A stretch of DNA of 64,000 bases from Pristiophorus japonicus. Its lineage: Eukaryota. Each line of letters begins with the position of its first letter. The stretch's first letter is position 1. Both the position numbers and the translations under genes were made by a program. Under the pieces are notes generated by a model. That model was not told the origin of the DNA and did no database searches. It was given only the letters and a program-made list of their open reading frames with translations. The stretch spans positions 10,664,001 to 10,728,000 of the forward strand of contig NC_091999.1 of assembly GCF_044704955.1 (NCBI RefSeq), given 5' to 3'. Below are positions 26,150 through 39,910 of this stretch, piece by piece.

Positions 26150-26690
26150 ACTGCGAGTGATTCAATCAGACTTATTTCTCATAATACAGGCGGCTGTACA
26201 GTAAGTACTGAATTATTTGAAAAACCCATGTTAGCAGACTGATGCAAAGAATTTGGGCAGGCAATCTGAACTCTCCATACAATGAATAGCTGGGTTTATG
26301 GGAGGTTACATACACACAGATAGACACAAGTTGTAATCGATACTGTGTAAGCTCATGTTCTACTGTTCTCCTGTCTTCACAGGCGATTATGTGCGAATCC
26401 AGTAGCTAAGTCTCCGGTGACAATAGAGATGTTAGCATGGTGTTCGCTGCAGTAAGATTGCGAATATACAACACCGGATATTAACATCGTGCAATGTGTC
26501 GTCAGAAACCGGTAGAGGCTCAAAGCTCAATAATTAGAAAATATCCACACTAATGGGAGGCGAAATATCAGGACAATATTAGGTGGCTGCAAGCAAGTGT
26601 AGAAAGAACATTTACCTAAGTGTGCAAGACGGGCGGTCAATCACTGTGCAGTGAAGTACAGCGTCAAAAGGCCCCGGACATAAATTTCAG
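26150..26690 (+). pseudogene. Degraded V pseudogene (paralogue of 9.3 kb)
   Basis: Intron and exon homologous to 9.3-9.85 kb; ends CACTGTGCAGTGAAG plus a degenerate RSS (TACAGCG..ACATAAATT). Confidence 0.7.
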
Positions 26691-26707
26691 CATGTATTTA
26701 TAGTTGC

Positions 26708-27215
26708 ACAAGAACATAACAACAGAAGACATAGGAGCATTAGTAGGCCCTAAGGCCGCTAGAATCACTCTGTCATTCAATAAGATCATGGCTGATCTGA
26801 CCATGGACTCAGCTCCACTTCCCCGCCCGCTCCCAATAACCCTTTTATCCCCTTATCGTTGAAGAAACTGTCTACATCTGCCTCAAATTTATTCAATGTC
26901 CCGGGTTCCACAGCTCTCTGAGGCAGCCAATTCCACAGATTTACAACCCTCTGAGAGAAGAAATGTCTCTGTTTTAAATGGGCGTCCACTTATTCTAAGA
27001 TCATGCCCTCTAGTTGTACCCTCCCTCATCAGTGGAAACATCCTCTCTGTATTCCCCTTGTCAAGCCCCCACATAATCTTATGTTTCGATAAGATCACCT
27101 CTCATTCATCTGAATTCCAATGAGTAGAGGCCCAACCTAATCCACATTTCCACATAAGTCAATCCCGTCAGCCGCCGGAATTAACCTAGTGAACATTCTC
27201 TGAACTGCCTCCAAA
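26708..27215 (-). mobile_element. CR1 3' fragment
   Basis: FFSQRVVNLWN, RGHDLRI and CR1 3' UTR. Confidence 0.9.
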
Positions 27216-27259
27216 CATGAGACCTTTCATGCTTTTCTGTCTGGGGTTAGTTTGATCAG

Positions 27260-27680
27260 AAAGTGACGAAGACCAAATTCTGTCAGTTTGCGAGATGAAA
27301 TACGTGCTTGCATTCGTGTCCTGATCCTTGTCCAAATCTGCAGAAAAGTGATCTGGGAAATATAGAGAATTATCAACCTGCCCGGAGTGATAACTCCTCT
27401 GGAAGTATCTCAGAGCTTACCAGGGGTGCTGATATAGCAGCAGAGGAAGGACAAACTATCGGATCTGGAGAACCTACTTATGAGTATTATGGGCTGTTCA
27501 TCTAACCTTAATTCAGATGGATACTAGCATACTGCGCCTGCACCTCTGGTACCTGCAACAAAACACAAAATGTGTGAAAGTTCATGGATTGTACATAACC
27601 CATGAACACATACTGAGCATTTATACATATACTCACCGGGCAGCATGACAATTATCAGCAAGGCACATGGGTAGTACATG
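27260..27680 (-). pseudogene. Degraded family-A V pseudogene (paralogue of 10 kb)
   Basis: Leader ..TCATGCTGCCCG|GTGAGT; acceptor TTGCAG at about 27552; remnant homologous to 9.94-10.3 kb. Confidence 0.65.
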
Positions 27681-27881
27681 GGGAGCCTTTCTTAGAGTGC
27701 GACAGAAAAAAACAAATTTTTAATAAAATGTTGAATTTTCTCGTCTGATATTAAAGAATAAACTGAGATCCGGAGCAGGTTTCCCTTATTGGGAGACTGA
27801 AGGGGCGTTCACAGGGACAGTGTTGTAAATCATCCAGCGCTATGAAAGCGGCAGAGGAGAGAAGTCCTGAGGCCCACGGCA

Positions 27882-28576
27882 GGTTTTTGTACTCTATCTG
27901 CTGATCTTTCCAGCACTGTGTCTTCACCGCACAGAAAAGGTGGTGGCGTCTATTGCTCAAGCGTCACCAACAATTAGAGCACTGCGCTTCTCTGTTGAAC
28001 TGAACCGAGCAGCGATCCTGCTCTGATCGCTGGTACCAGTTGCCTTGTGCTGCATGATTCTCCTCGGGTATTGTCTGTAACATTGCAGGATCGGTCCTGC
28101 GACTGTGGTGATGCAGGTCAATGATATAGTATCCCCTCGTTTAAAACTACTTGTTGGAAAACTGCGATATGTCTTCACTGCCCATGGCACCTAAGACGGG
28201 TATGTAGGTATTAATATGAGATAAAATAATATCATATGACATAATATATCATATGAGTAATAGATATAATATTATAGAATACACAATAAATTATTATATC
28301 ATATAATTAATATAATGGAAACAATATAGTATAATTTTATAACGTAATAAAGTAGAATATAACATAATATAACCTCATGCAATATAACACAATACAACTT
28401 AATATAATACAATGTAATTAAAATACAAATAAAATAACATAAAAAATAATATATAAACAATAAAAAATACATTTAAGATGTAAAATATTTCCAACAGACG
28501 GTTTGTGACCACACTCACAGGAAGGGGAAAGTAAGAAATTCAGGGAGATAATCACTAAAGTAAAGTCCAGCCTCAT
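27882..28576 (-). pseudogene. V pseudogene with a perfect consensus 23-RSS
   Basis: Leader 28576-28519 MRLDFTLVIISLNFLLSPS|GTGAGT; AT-rich intron; exon from 28190 hits an early stop, W41 is Cys. RSS CACAGTG (27920-27914) / 23 / ACAAAAACC (27890-27882). Confidence 0.88.
28210..28480. repeat. AT-rich low-complexity repeat (leader intron)
   Basis: Repeated AATAT/AATAA units. Confidence 0.8.
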
Positions 28577-28875
28577 GTCGGATCCTTTTGACTTTTGTAA
28601 AGGAACCGCCAGCGGATCAAGGCTGAGATAATTCGTGGAGAAGGCAGCGCTGTTGTGCATCAACCTGAGGCCAATACCCCACTGTGCCCGGCACAAACGG
28701 GCCTCTGGGACTCAAGAGGTGAACCTGTGAGGGCGGCTCGGGGCTCAGCATTGATGGGGGTTGGGGGACGGGTACCGCGCATGTGTCGGGACATCCGCGC
28801 GTGATTCTGAATGAAATAGGCAGAGCGAGAGCACAAATAGTGAACAATGTCTGCGACTTCAGCTCAAAGTGGATC

Positions 28876-28893
28876 CGGCCACCAGATGGCGCT
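28876..28893 (+). promoter_or_regulatory. Strong CTCF-like motif
   Basis: CGGCCACCAGATGGCGCT. Confidence 0.65.
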
Positions 28894-30209
28894 GACTGAT
28901 CATTTTTTCCCACGTGGGTCACGTTTCATCAAAACATGCAGACTGATTTGTTTTTGATAAAAATTAATGGGGAATTCCTCCTCCCATCTCAGATTTATGG
29001 TCACTTATATTATATTTTCCATTACAGTTGAACAGTTGCACACATTACTTGACTGTAAATGAGCTTGTCAACTTAAGTTGATAGTTTCTATCAATAAATT
29101 TCTCATTATTAATTACAATTCAGAATGCATTGGTCTTGTGTTATATTATCCAACATCTGATTTCACCCACAAAATAGAAACCCAACTCAGAGATGAAGTT
29201 GTTTGTAGCTAAAATAATAACTCTGGAAATCCTTGCTCGAGCCTGGAAATAACACAGTTCTTTTCGAGAAGTGGAGTTATGTTGATCCTAAAGGGTACAG
29301 TATTATTGAAGTAATTTACTTACAAATATATTGTCTGTGTTGTACAGCTGAATGCTGCAATTAAACAAATGGCGTGAACAGACATTAAATCAGTTTGACC
29401 CTGTCAATGTGAACATCCCTTGTAGTGTGAATCTAGAGACTGGCGAATATCCCACCGGTTCTCCGCTGCATTCCTTGTGCATGTGGGGCATTTTTCCGCT
29501 CTCTTTTAAATTCACCGCCAGCTATTTAAACACCATGCATTAAGTATTCATGTTCTTCATTGTCCCTTCTCATGTACAATACTTTACACTTTTCTTGATT
29601 AAGTTACATCTGCCATAATTGTCTTTATTTTTCCTGTCTCGCATGGGTGAGCCCATTCATCGGGACCGCTAATGTTAATTTCTCTCCATGTATTCCGCAG
29701 CCCCCGCTGCCTGATCAGCGAATCTGTCTGACACACGGACCACCCCAGTCACCACCAGAAATGGAGACGCTTCGATCCCTTCTGTCTGGGCCGGTTTGAA
29801 CACAGAATACCACAGCATGATCGGATTGCTCTGGACCCATTGCCAGGACACACCATAGTGAACAGACACCAATCGCTTCTGACATTTACAAAGTTACACC
29901 AGACTAAATATCGGGTGCGTCGGTGAGAAACACATCAGCCATTTAGTTATTGGATACAGAAGAGCCACGCTATAAGCAGCAGACACGTTTGCCAGTCGCT
30001 GGCAAAAATATAACATCGGTTATCGATCTTACCAAACATACAGACAGATTTTCAGACAATCGATAGCGCTGGAATTTTCAGAACCAATATCTTGCAATAC
30101 AATACGTCCAATCGGGACATTCAGATTATTATTTCCTTGTAAGTATTCTGACTTAAGAAGACTGGATTGGAAAATAAACCTGTTGAACTTGCTGCGTGTT
30201 TGTCTATAT

Positions 30210-30540
30210 TAGCAAGGGCCTGTGGTGAGGACGTAATTTCCCAAACCGAGCAGGTAACGGCTGCGGAGGGACAGTCAGTTCAAATCTAGTGCAATGTGAC
30301 CATCAGCCGCAGTGATAGGGTTTTGCAGCACCGGAAATTACCAGGCCGGACACCGGAATTTACAGTCTCCGCCTATCAGACTAATACAACTAACGAGAGT
30401 GGACGGTGCGATTTCTTTGTTGACAAACAGAGTGGTTATAATATTTTCGGTGTGCTGGAAGCCGCCGCTTCCGTCTCCGGGCTGTTGACTGTGCGAAGAT
30501 GCAGACTGAAGCAAACGGTGACACATCCAGCACAATAAGT
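30210..30540 (+). pseudogene. TCR V pseudogene
   Basis: EDVISQTEQVTAAEGQSVQI*CNVT..; degenerate heptamer CAGACTG 30502-30508 / 23 / ACAATAAGT 30532-30540. Confidence 0.75.
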
Positions 30541-31769
30541 TTCATTCCTCTCAATCATCGAGATCAGGATATTTATTCTCATTATCTTGTGTCTCGCTTT
30601 GGAAAACAAAGATTCAGAATTATATTACTGTCTTTTAGTGTCAGCTGACAAAGATATACAGGATGACAGTAATGGTGAATGAGTTAGCCACTTTAAAGGA
30701 CCGGATTTAGTCAGTAACCGTGATTTCACTGGGGTACATCAAATATAGTGGCGTCATATTATTAAATAATCATTTAGGAAGCTATCAGGGATGGCCAATA
30801 AATTCCGGCCTTGTAAGCTTCGAAGGCATCCAGCGAATGAATTAAAAATAACTTTGTATAACATTATATGGCGTTTTCAGTTTTATTATATAATATTACT
30901 TCAAATGAAATAAATTAAAATGGAAGTTACGACAATATCTAGATCCGCGGGGGTTTAATTTCTCCCTGCAGTAAACATCCTCTTCTCATAAAAATAAATA
31001 GGAAAGCAATCCAAATAATTCTGGGAGAGAATACTTCGTATGATAAATTCTACAAATACACATTTATTCAAAACCACCACCAGGTGGAGCGCCTGTCAAT
31101 CAGGAGTTTCACGTTGATACAGAACTTAAAGCACAATCAAAAAATTGCCGGTTTTCTTTGCCTGAGACAACGAGACCAGAGACCATATGAACTTACGGTA
31201 ACGAGATAAATATTCATTTAAAGGAGTAAAATTTAGGGGTTCAAATTCAGAAAGCTTGGAACAAGGTGTAAAATTCTATGATTTGAAGATCGCGATGACT
31301 ATTTCAGATTGAAATGCGACACAAATCAAATCTTTCTGAACAATTTAATCTGTTATTATACATAGCTGTCCGAGGCATTCCAGGTTCAAGAGTTCGTTGT
31401 TTTGAGAGACAGTCAATCCGCACCTGGGACTGGGAATGACGTTAGATGACAACATCCCATAATACGCCAATTGATGAGAATGTCGCCCATAAGTGGCACA
31501 CTGTATGAGGCGAATGTAAAGCTACCCCTCACATCCCTGTCATCGTCATTAAAATTCTGGGATTCGGCAGCACAGTCCAGTGTGGAAATCAGACCCGAAT
31601 TGATCCGCTTTTGTCTATCTTCATTGTCATCAACAGGAACCTCCGCAAGGACCAATTTCCAGCTGGAGCAATGGTGCTGTTGTGTGAGTTTATTTATCCG
31701 ATCAGACGCCTTGACTTTAGCAATTTCTTATTATCTTGTGTTTGGTCAGTGACTTTGCTTTTTTCACAG

Positions 31770-32089
31770 CCTTCGGTGCGAGGATCGGAGCTCACACCCT
31801 CAGCATGTGGCGTCACGGGAAGGACAACGGGCTGAACTGGACTGCCGGCTCTCCTTTGGTGCTACGGATACCGCAGCTTGGTACAAACAAGTACTGTCAG
31901 GGCCGGCCAAATCTATCGGCTCCATACACCAGGCGAATGAGACCACAGGGTGCTACAAACTGTCCTTTGACCGAGCGAAGAAATCCAACTCCATCTCGAT
32001 AGATGGCACCACGGCCAGAGACGCCGGAGTGTATCACTGTGTGGTGCAGACAGGGTGAGGGGAAGAGCGGCTCCAGCTGCACAATATCT
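31770..32089 (+). pseudogene. V exon with open frame but defective heptamer and no intact leader
   Basis: HVASREGQRAELDCRL..AAWYKQVLSGP..DAGVYHCVVQ. CAGGGTG 32051-32057 / 23 / ACAATATCT 32081-32089. Confidence 0.8.
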
Positions 32090-32279
32090 TGTTTGTTGTC
32101 GTCATTCTGCTGCACCATCACTCTTTCCCCGAATCAAGTCCATTAGAAATGCCGGTGTTGTTCAGAAATGGTACTTTCACATGTTTAATCATCCACCTGG
32201 TAAAATTACGAATATAAGAGCTGTAATTACCAACATAGTGCATCGAACCATATTACTAAGGTTTTTTATGTTTGGTTCT

Positions 32280-33191
32280 NNNNNNNNNNNNNNNNNNNNN
32301 NNNNNNNNNNNNNNNNNNNNNNNNNNNNNNNNNNNNNNNNNNNNNNNNNNNNNNNNNNNNNNNNNNNNNNNNNNNNNNNNNNNNNNNNNNNNNNNNNNNN
32401 NNNNNNNNNNNNNNNNNNNNNNNNNNNNNNNNNNNNNNNNNNNNNNNNNNNNNNNNNNNNNNNNNNNNNNNNNNNNNNNNNNNNNNNNNNNNNNNNNNNN
32501 NNNNNNNNNNNNNNNNNNNNNNNNNNNNNNNNNNNNNNNNNNNNNNNNNNNNNNNNNNNNNNNNNNNNNNNNNNNNNNNNNNNNNNNNNNNNNNNNNNNN
32601 NNNNNNNNNNNNNNNNNNNNNNNNNNNNNNNNNNNNNNNNNNNNNNNNNNNNNNNNNNNNNNNNNNNNNNNNNNNNNNNNNNNNNNNNNNNNNNNNNNNN
32701 NNNNNNNNNNNNNNNNNNNNNNNNNNNNNNNNNNNNNNNNNNNNNNNNNNNNNNNNNNNNNNNNNNNNNNNNNNNNNNNNNNNNNNNNNNNNNNNNNNNN
32801 NNNNNNNNNNNNNNNNNNNNNNNNNNNNNNNNNNNNNNNNNNNNNNNNNNNNNNNNNNNNNNNNNNNNNNNNNNNNNNNNNNNNNNNNNNNNNNNNNNNN
32901 NNNNNNNNNNNNNNNNNNNNNNNNNNNNNNNNNNNNNNNNNNNNNNNNNNNNNNNNNNNNNNNNNNNNNNNNNNNNNNNNNNNNNNNNNNNNNNNNNNNN
33001 NNNNNNNNNNNNNNNNNNNNNNNNNNNNNNNNNNNNNNNNNNNNNNNNNNNNNNNNNNNNNNNNNNNNNNNNNNNNNNNNNNNNNNNNNNNNNNNNNNNN
33101 NNNNNNNNNNNNNNNNNNNNNNNNNNNNNNNNNNNNNNNNNNNNNNNNNNNNNNNNNNNNNNNNNNNNNNNNNNNNNNNNNNNNNNNNNNN
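32280..33191. other. Assembly gap
   Basis: Run of N. Confidence 1.
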
Positions 33192-33249
33192 GCCAAGCAT
33201 TTTATTACATTCTCCTTGGATGTATCTTCAGTTTAAATCTTATTTCTGC

Positions 33250-33540
33250 TTTGGCAGCAGCTCCATGTCACTCGGTGAGATTTGAAATATCGGTGTATCG
33301 GGAAACCGAAAGACATATTGCTTCATCACAAAACACTGACAATTCACCAATCAGTCTCCTTAGTATGCCAGCTCCATCTTCAGAAAGGAAAGAGTTGAGC
33401 TCAGGTTTCAATTGTCTAATACCGTCAGAAATTCTGCACCACTCTCACCATGAATGCGGCGGGACTATCAAATGTCGCGGTGTATTGCACTGCAGTGAGA
33501 CATGGTAAAATAAAGAGGTGAGGATCCGATATCAGAACTC
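33250..33540 (+). pseudogene. Highly eroded V remnant
   Basis: FR3-like TTLTMNAAGLSNVAVYCTAVR followed by CATGGTA / 23 / ATCAGAACT. Confidence 0.45.
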
Positions 33541-33759
33541 ACTCATCGCAGGGACTGAGGGGACCACGGCTGTCAGAATCCAGTGTGATACAATTAAAAT
33601 CAGCAAGAGGTTACTTCAGATAAGTAAAGCACGTCATCAGTGCTATTAGTTTTAAAAGATTAAAAATAAGATTCATTGTTTAGTTGGAAATGCAAGTTTT
33701 GTTTTCACAATTTCACCAAAGTTACATCCTGATCCAGGCAGAAGCTTAACTTTCCCAGT

Positions 33760-34280
33760 GCTGTGCTTGCCCTGGGAGTCTTTATTTGGATAGTACAGGG
33801 GTTGGTGGCGGGTGGTAGGGGTGGGGATGTCGTTACTGTGTATCGAGTCCGTGCTGTAGTTGCCCTCGCAATGTTTGATGGGACAGTTTAGCGGCAGGTT
33901 TGCCCTGTATCTAACACGGGCTGTAACTGCCGTGTGGGTGTTTGAAGGGACAGTGTTAAGGGAGATTTCTCTGAATCAAAAGCTTGCTGTACCTGCCCTG
34001 CGACTGTTTGATGAGAGAATGTGGAGGGAACTTTACCCGACCTCCAACTCGTGCTTTACCTGTTCCGGGATTGTTTGATGGGACAGTGCACAGAGAGCTC
34101 TACTCTGTACATAACCTGTGCTTCACCTGCCCTGGGAGTGTTTGACGGGCCAATGAAGTGGGAGCTTGATTCTATATCTTACCCGTGCTGTACCTGTCCT
34201 GGAAGCTTTTGGTGGGACAGTGTAAAGTGAGCTTTACTCTCTATCTAACCCATGTTGTTCCTGTGTGGGATTGTTTTATA
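33760..34280 (+). repeat. Degenerate ~59-bp tandem minisatellite
   Basis: Recurrent GTTTGATGGGACAGTG..AGCTTTACTCTGTATCTAACCCGTGCTGTACCTGCCCTGGGA. Confidence 0.85.
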
Positions 34281-35039
34281 TGAAATATTGATGAGGAACT
34301 TATGTTGATAGTGTTTTGATTCAACATTCAGTTGAATCGTCAAGAGCTAAACGGTAATCCCCTTTGATTCATGGAGTTACTCTGCTTGGTCTCCATATTG
34401 GCTGATTAGGAATGTCGAATGACTTCCATTTTTACGAAATTAATATTCCATAGTTATGAATGTTGCTATTATTTACGTGAAGTCCATCTAGTTCTCGCAG
34501 TTGAATGCATACTTCTGTTGGTGACCTGGACATAATAAAAAACTTAAACTTGAAATTTCCGAATTAATGTAAATAGCGAGAAAGCAAAATAAGTACAATG
34601 AAACGGCAGAAGTTGCAGTCATAATTCTTAACAAAATAATAACAGCAATAACCTGGCATAATAATAATGCAGAATAATCACGCAGCAGTGTTATTTATAA
34701 ATTGATAATTAACGTTTCACAGAGCGGATTCACTCTACGTCCTGTCACCAAGAATGGTGCTCCAAAATCTCATATTTCTCCAAAACTTACAGATCCGACA
34801 GTTTAACGGGTGACAGCTGGGGATTCCCGGAAACACTTTTGTGTCTTATCACCGCACATAGTTTTGTATTCAGGGCAATAGTCTATGCACAAACAATAGG
34901 TCTTACGGAGTGGGACAAGAGAATGACAGTGAACCCGCGATATTTCTCTATCACATGGTCCAATGTCACTGCGAGGTTCGATTGGGGAGGGTAACAATTC
35001 ATCAATCCAAAATTATACTTCATTGTGTCATAAACAGAC

Positions 35040-35610
35040 AGTTGTATCGATCTTACATTAGGCCCTGCATCAGCTTTTATTGCACAAGGGCATGTATCGC
35101 TTTACATTACACAAAGCCCGATCACAGTTTTTACTCTACTAGACCATGTCTCTATTTATATGACATTAGATCCTGTCGCTCTTTATATTACACAAGACCA
35201 TGTCTCTGATTATATTCCACTGACTGTGTCTCAGTTATTACTATAATCAACCACGCCTCTCTTTATATTACATTGGATCCTGTCGCTATTTCTCTTACGC
35301 CAGACCCTATATCTGTATATATCACACTAGACCAAGTCTCTATTTATATTACATGAGGCACTATCTCTGATTATATTAAATTAGGTCCTATCTCAGTTAT
35401 TATTGCATTCGACCGTGTCTCTGTTTACATTATGCCATGCCCTGTCACTCTTTTTATTACACTAGACCACGTCTCTGCTTATGTTGCTTCGGCCCTGCTC
35501 AGTTATTGCTGCACCAGATCCTGTCTTTGTTTATATTACACAAGATGCAGTCTCAGTTATGAATGCACTCGACCATGTCACTGCTGTATTACACTAGACG
35601 CTGTCTCTGT
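35040..35610 (+). repeat. Degenerate ~24-bp tandem repeat
   Basis: Unit about TCTCTTTATATTACACTAGACCATG. Confidence 0.85.
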
Positions 35611-37059
35611 TTTTCAACCATTGTCCTTCAGAAATTTGACTGCACGTCCTTTCCCACCTCATCGGATTCCTTCAGCACTTCCTGGCGAGGGGGACATCTC
35701 CAGATGTTTCTAATCAGACCCGAGTACTGCCCAGCATTTTTTTGCTGGTGCTGCGCTCTTTTTCCTGTAAACACCTGGAGTTCACGCATCATGTCTCCTG
35801 TGGTTTAATAGGACAGTTGGTTAAGGGAAGGAAGAAGTAACGACTGTTAGGAAGGGGGTGGATGGACTTGTTTGGGAATAGGTGCAGATGATGATTAAAT
35901 TATTTCCCTGCCCCAATCCCTCTTCCCAGATACACCCTATCCGGAACCACCCTGCACTCTAATCCCATCTTATTTTGCTGTCGTGTTCCCGCTCGGTAAG
36001 GTTCAGGGAGTGATTAAGCCCATCAGGTCTGTAATTCACTTATCACTCCTCACACCCTTTAAAATACTCTTTAGAGACTCATATCCAATTTAGCTATTGA
36101 TATAACTCATGCAGTTATTCCACAGTGTCAGCTGCTTCTGTGAAAAAATGTATTTTCTCATCACAAAAATGTATCTTTTGCCGGAATCACTCGGTTGACA
36201 TCCGGGACATGGAGGGCTGCGGCTCCCACAATTCAATTCGGCAGAGAAAATCCGCTATCTGTGACACGGGTCCCGCTGCACTCTAGCAGAAATGTTCACA
36301 CATGCGCACCTCACCAACCTTTCGAGCAACAACTGTATATTTCTCTCTTTTTTTTTATCGATTAAGATACCGAAGTTATTTTCGTGTAAATTGACTTTTT
36401 TCAACCGAGCCATTTTATGTAAATGAACGGAAGCCATTCACAACGTGTTACGTCACACAAATATGGTGGACTGTACGTCACAAAATATTGGCCGCCAGTG
36501 TGCCTGTCCTTGGATGACGATACAATTCTTTTCCACGTTACAGCGCCATGATTGACTGTTTCTCACATTGATTCAAGGTCAGGGGTCACGGGCCGTTTGC
36601 TGCAGAGTACAAGAATCCCATTTGGTGCGGTCTGTGACTCCTGACTCAGGGCTGTGACTATGGGATATCAGCTCTTGAAAGGGCCTAGCACAGCCCGAGT
36701 TTTTACTGTTAGTTTTGATACTTGATGGGACTTTGAATAAGAATAAGAATGGGAATAAAATTAAATTTAACTCTTTAACTGTTCCTTCATTCAGTAGGTT
36801 GTTGAACAGCAAATAATTATAGTGGCTAATAATCGACATCGTGAAGTCGGATCAGTTATCCTCAAGTCGAACATATTATTATATAATATAATTTTGAAAA
36901 TGGAGACGATATTGATTGTATTTATTTCTGAATCCCAACATAATAAAGCAGTAGGAATATAGCAGTAATAATTGATCCGGTCAAGCCTTTCCATCATTCT
37001 AAAAATCTACTGCCAATCTCTGGCAGCAAACAGAAATAAATGCCATTGCCTCTTACAGC

Positions 37060-39910
37060 AAACTAATGGGACTAAATGTGGATAGGTCCCCTTCACCCCA
37101 ATGCTCTGCATCCTACGTTCTAAAGGGGGTGGCTGCAAAGATACTGGATCCAAGGCTTGTAATCTACCAAAATTCCCTGGATTCTGGCGAGGCCCAAATG
37201 CCCTTGAAAACCGCAAATGTGATGTCCCTATTTAAGAAAGGAGAGACACAGAAAGCAAGATACTATATCCCAGTTGCCTAATATCTGTCATTGGGAAAAT
37301 GCTGCAGTCCATCATTGAGGACCGAGTAGCAGGTCCTTTCGAAAATCAGAATGCAGACAAGCAGAGGCAGCATGGTTTCATGAAAGGGAAATCATGTTTG
37401 ACAAATTTGATTCAGTTCTTTGAGGAAGTAACGGGCAGGGTGGATATAGTGGATCTAGTCGATGTTGTGTTTTTGGATTTCCAGAAGTCATTCAATAAGA
37501 TGCCACATAAAGATTATTGTACAAGATAAGACCTCACGAGTTTGGGGGTAATATATTAGCGTTCATAGTGGATTGGATGACTAACAGAAAGTAGAGATTC
37601 AAGATAAACGGGTCATTTTCAGTTTGGCAAACATTAACAAGTGGGGTGCCAAATGGATCAGTGTTGGGACCTCATCTATTTACAATTTGTATTAATTACT
37701 TGGATGAAGGGACCGAGTGTCATACAACCAAATTTACTAATGATATAAACATATGTTTGAAAGCAAGATGTGTGGAGGATGCAAATAATCTACAAATGAA
37801 TAGAGATAGGCTAATTAAGGTGACAACAATTTGACTAATTGAGTATATTTTGCAAAAATGTGAAGTTATCGAATTTGGTAGGAAAAATAAAAAGCTAATT
37901 ATTATTTTAAATTTGGAGAGATTACAAAATGCAATGCTACAGAGGTATCTGGGAGTCCTGGTACAGGAAACTCAAAAACGTTAGCATGCAGGTACAGCAT
38001 GTAATTAGGAAGGTAAGTGGAATGTTAGCCTTTATTGTAAGGGGGATAGAATATAAAAGCAGAGAACTCCTGCTACAAATGTACAGTGTATTGGGGAGAC
38101 CACACCTGGTGCATTGCGAACAGTTTGGTCACCTTATTTAAGGAAAGGTACACTGGCATTGGAGACAGTACAGAGATGTTACAGGAGATTGATTCCTGAG
38201 ATGAAGAGGTTGTCTTATGAAGAAAAATTGAGCAGGTTGGGCATGTACTTATTGGAGTTGCGAAGACAGAGATGGTCCGTGGAAACGTATACGACTATGA
38301 GGGGGCTTATCACGGGACATGAAGGGTGGATATTTCCCCTAGTGCCGGTATCTAGAACTCGGGAGCATAGTTTCAGAATAAGGGGTCGCCCATTTAAACA
38401 TAGAAACATAGAAACATAGACAATAGGCGCAGGATTAAGCCATTAGGCCCTTCGAGCCTGCACCACCATTCAATATGATCATGGCTGATCATGCAACTTT
38501 ACTACCCCATTCCTGCTTTCTCTCCATACCATTGTTCCCTTTGGCCTCAAGGGCCACATCTAAAACCCTTTTGAATATATACAACGTACTGGCCTCAACA
38601 ACATTCTGTGGTAGAGAATTCCACTGGTTCAGAATTCTCTGAGTGAAGAAGTTTCTCCTCATCTCGGTCCTAATTGGCTTACCCCTTATCCTGAGACTTT
38701 GACCCCTGGTTCTGGACTTCTCCCACATCGCAACATTCTTCTTGCATCTAACCTGTCCAATCCCGTCAGAATTTTAAATGTTTCTATGAGATCCCCTCCC
38801 ATTCTTCTCAATTCCAGTGAATATAAGCCTCGTCGATGCAGTCTTTCTTCAAATGTCAGTCCTGCCATCCGGGCATCAGTCTCGTGAACATTCGCTGCAC
38901 TCCCTCAATAGCAAGAATGTCCTTCCTCAGATGATAATAACATAGCTGTGCACAATATTCAAGGTGTGGCCTCACCAAGGCCCTGTACAACTGCAGTCAA
39001 ACCCCCCTTCTCCGATACTCAAATCCTCTCGTATGAAGGGCAACATGCCATTTGCCTTCTTCACCGCCTACTGTACCTGCATGCCAAATTTCAATGAATG
39101 ATATACCATGACACCCAGGTCTCATTGCACCTCCCTTTTTCCTAATCTGTCACCATTCGGATAATATTCTGCCTTCCTGTTTTTGCCACCCAAGTGGATA
39201 ACCTCACATTTATCTACATTATACTGCATCTGCCATGCATTTGCCCACTCACCTAAACTGTCCAAGTCACCTTGCAGCCTCTGAGCATGCTCCTCACAAC
39301 TCACACTACCACTCAGATTAGTGTCATCTGCAAACTTGTAGATATTACATTCAATTCCTTCCACTAAATCATTAATGCATATTGGGAATAGCTGGGGTCC
39401 CAGCACTGAAACTTGCGGCACCCCACTAGTCACTGCCTGCCATTCTGAAAAGGACCCATTTATTCCTACCCTTTGCTTCCTTTCTGCCAACAAGCACTCT
39501 ATTCACGTCAATACATTACCCCCAATACCATGTGCTTTCATTTAGCAAACTAACCTCTTGTAATGGACCTTGAAAAAGCCTTTTGAAAGTCCAAATACAC
39601 GACCTCCACCGATTCTCCCTTGTCCACTCTACTAGTTAAATCGAAAATAAGGAGTAATTTCTCCTCTCAGATGGTCTTGAATCTTTGGGTTTCTCTTCCT
39701 CAGAGAGCTGTGAAGTCTCGTTCATTGGATATAATTAAGGTGGAATATACAGATTTCTGAACGATCAGGGAGTCAAAGATTATGGGGACCGGGCGAGGAA
39801 CTGGGGTTGAGGACAGAATCAGATCAGCCATGATCTTTTTGAATGGCGAAGCAGGCTCGAGAAGCCAAATGGACTACTCCTGCTCCTATTTCTTATTTTC
39901 TTATGTTTTA
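37060..39910 (+). mobile_element. CR1 (+) interrupted by a younger CR1 (-) at about 38398-39634
   Basis: QHGFMKGKSCLTNL, FLDFQKSF (+); inner copy YKFADDT, GVPQVSVLGP (-) with an (ACATAGAA)n tail at 38398; outer 3' UTR resumes 39640-39910. Confidence 0.92.

Noticed and set aside
29640-29950. Minus-strand LWY..VSDRF stretch and possible V remnant
   Set aside because: No cysteines in register and no RSS.
32055-33285. Long ORFs here and at 46339-47023
   Set aside because: Artefacts of N runs.
34720-34995. Exon-like segment between TTTCACAG and GGTAAC, possible constant-domain remnant
   Set aside because: Stops in the frames examined and no Ig C1 motif.
33760-35610. CRISPR-like appearance of tandem arrays
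   Set aside because: Degenerate head-to-tail repeats without unique spacers, in vertebrate DNA.
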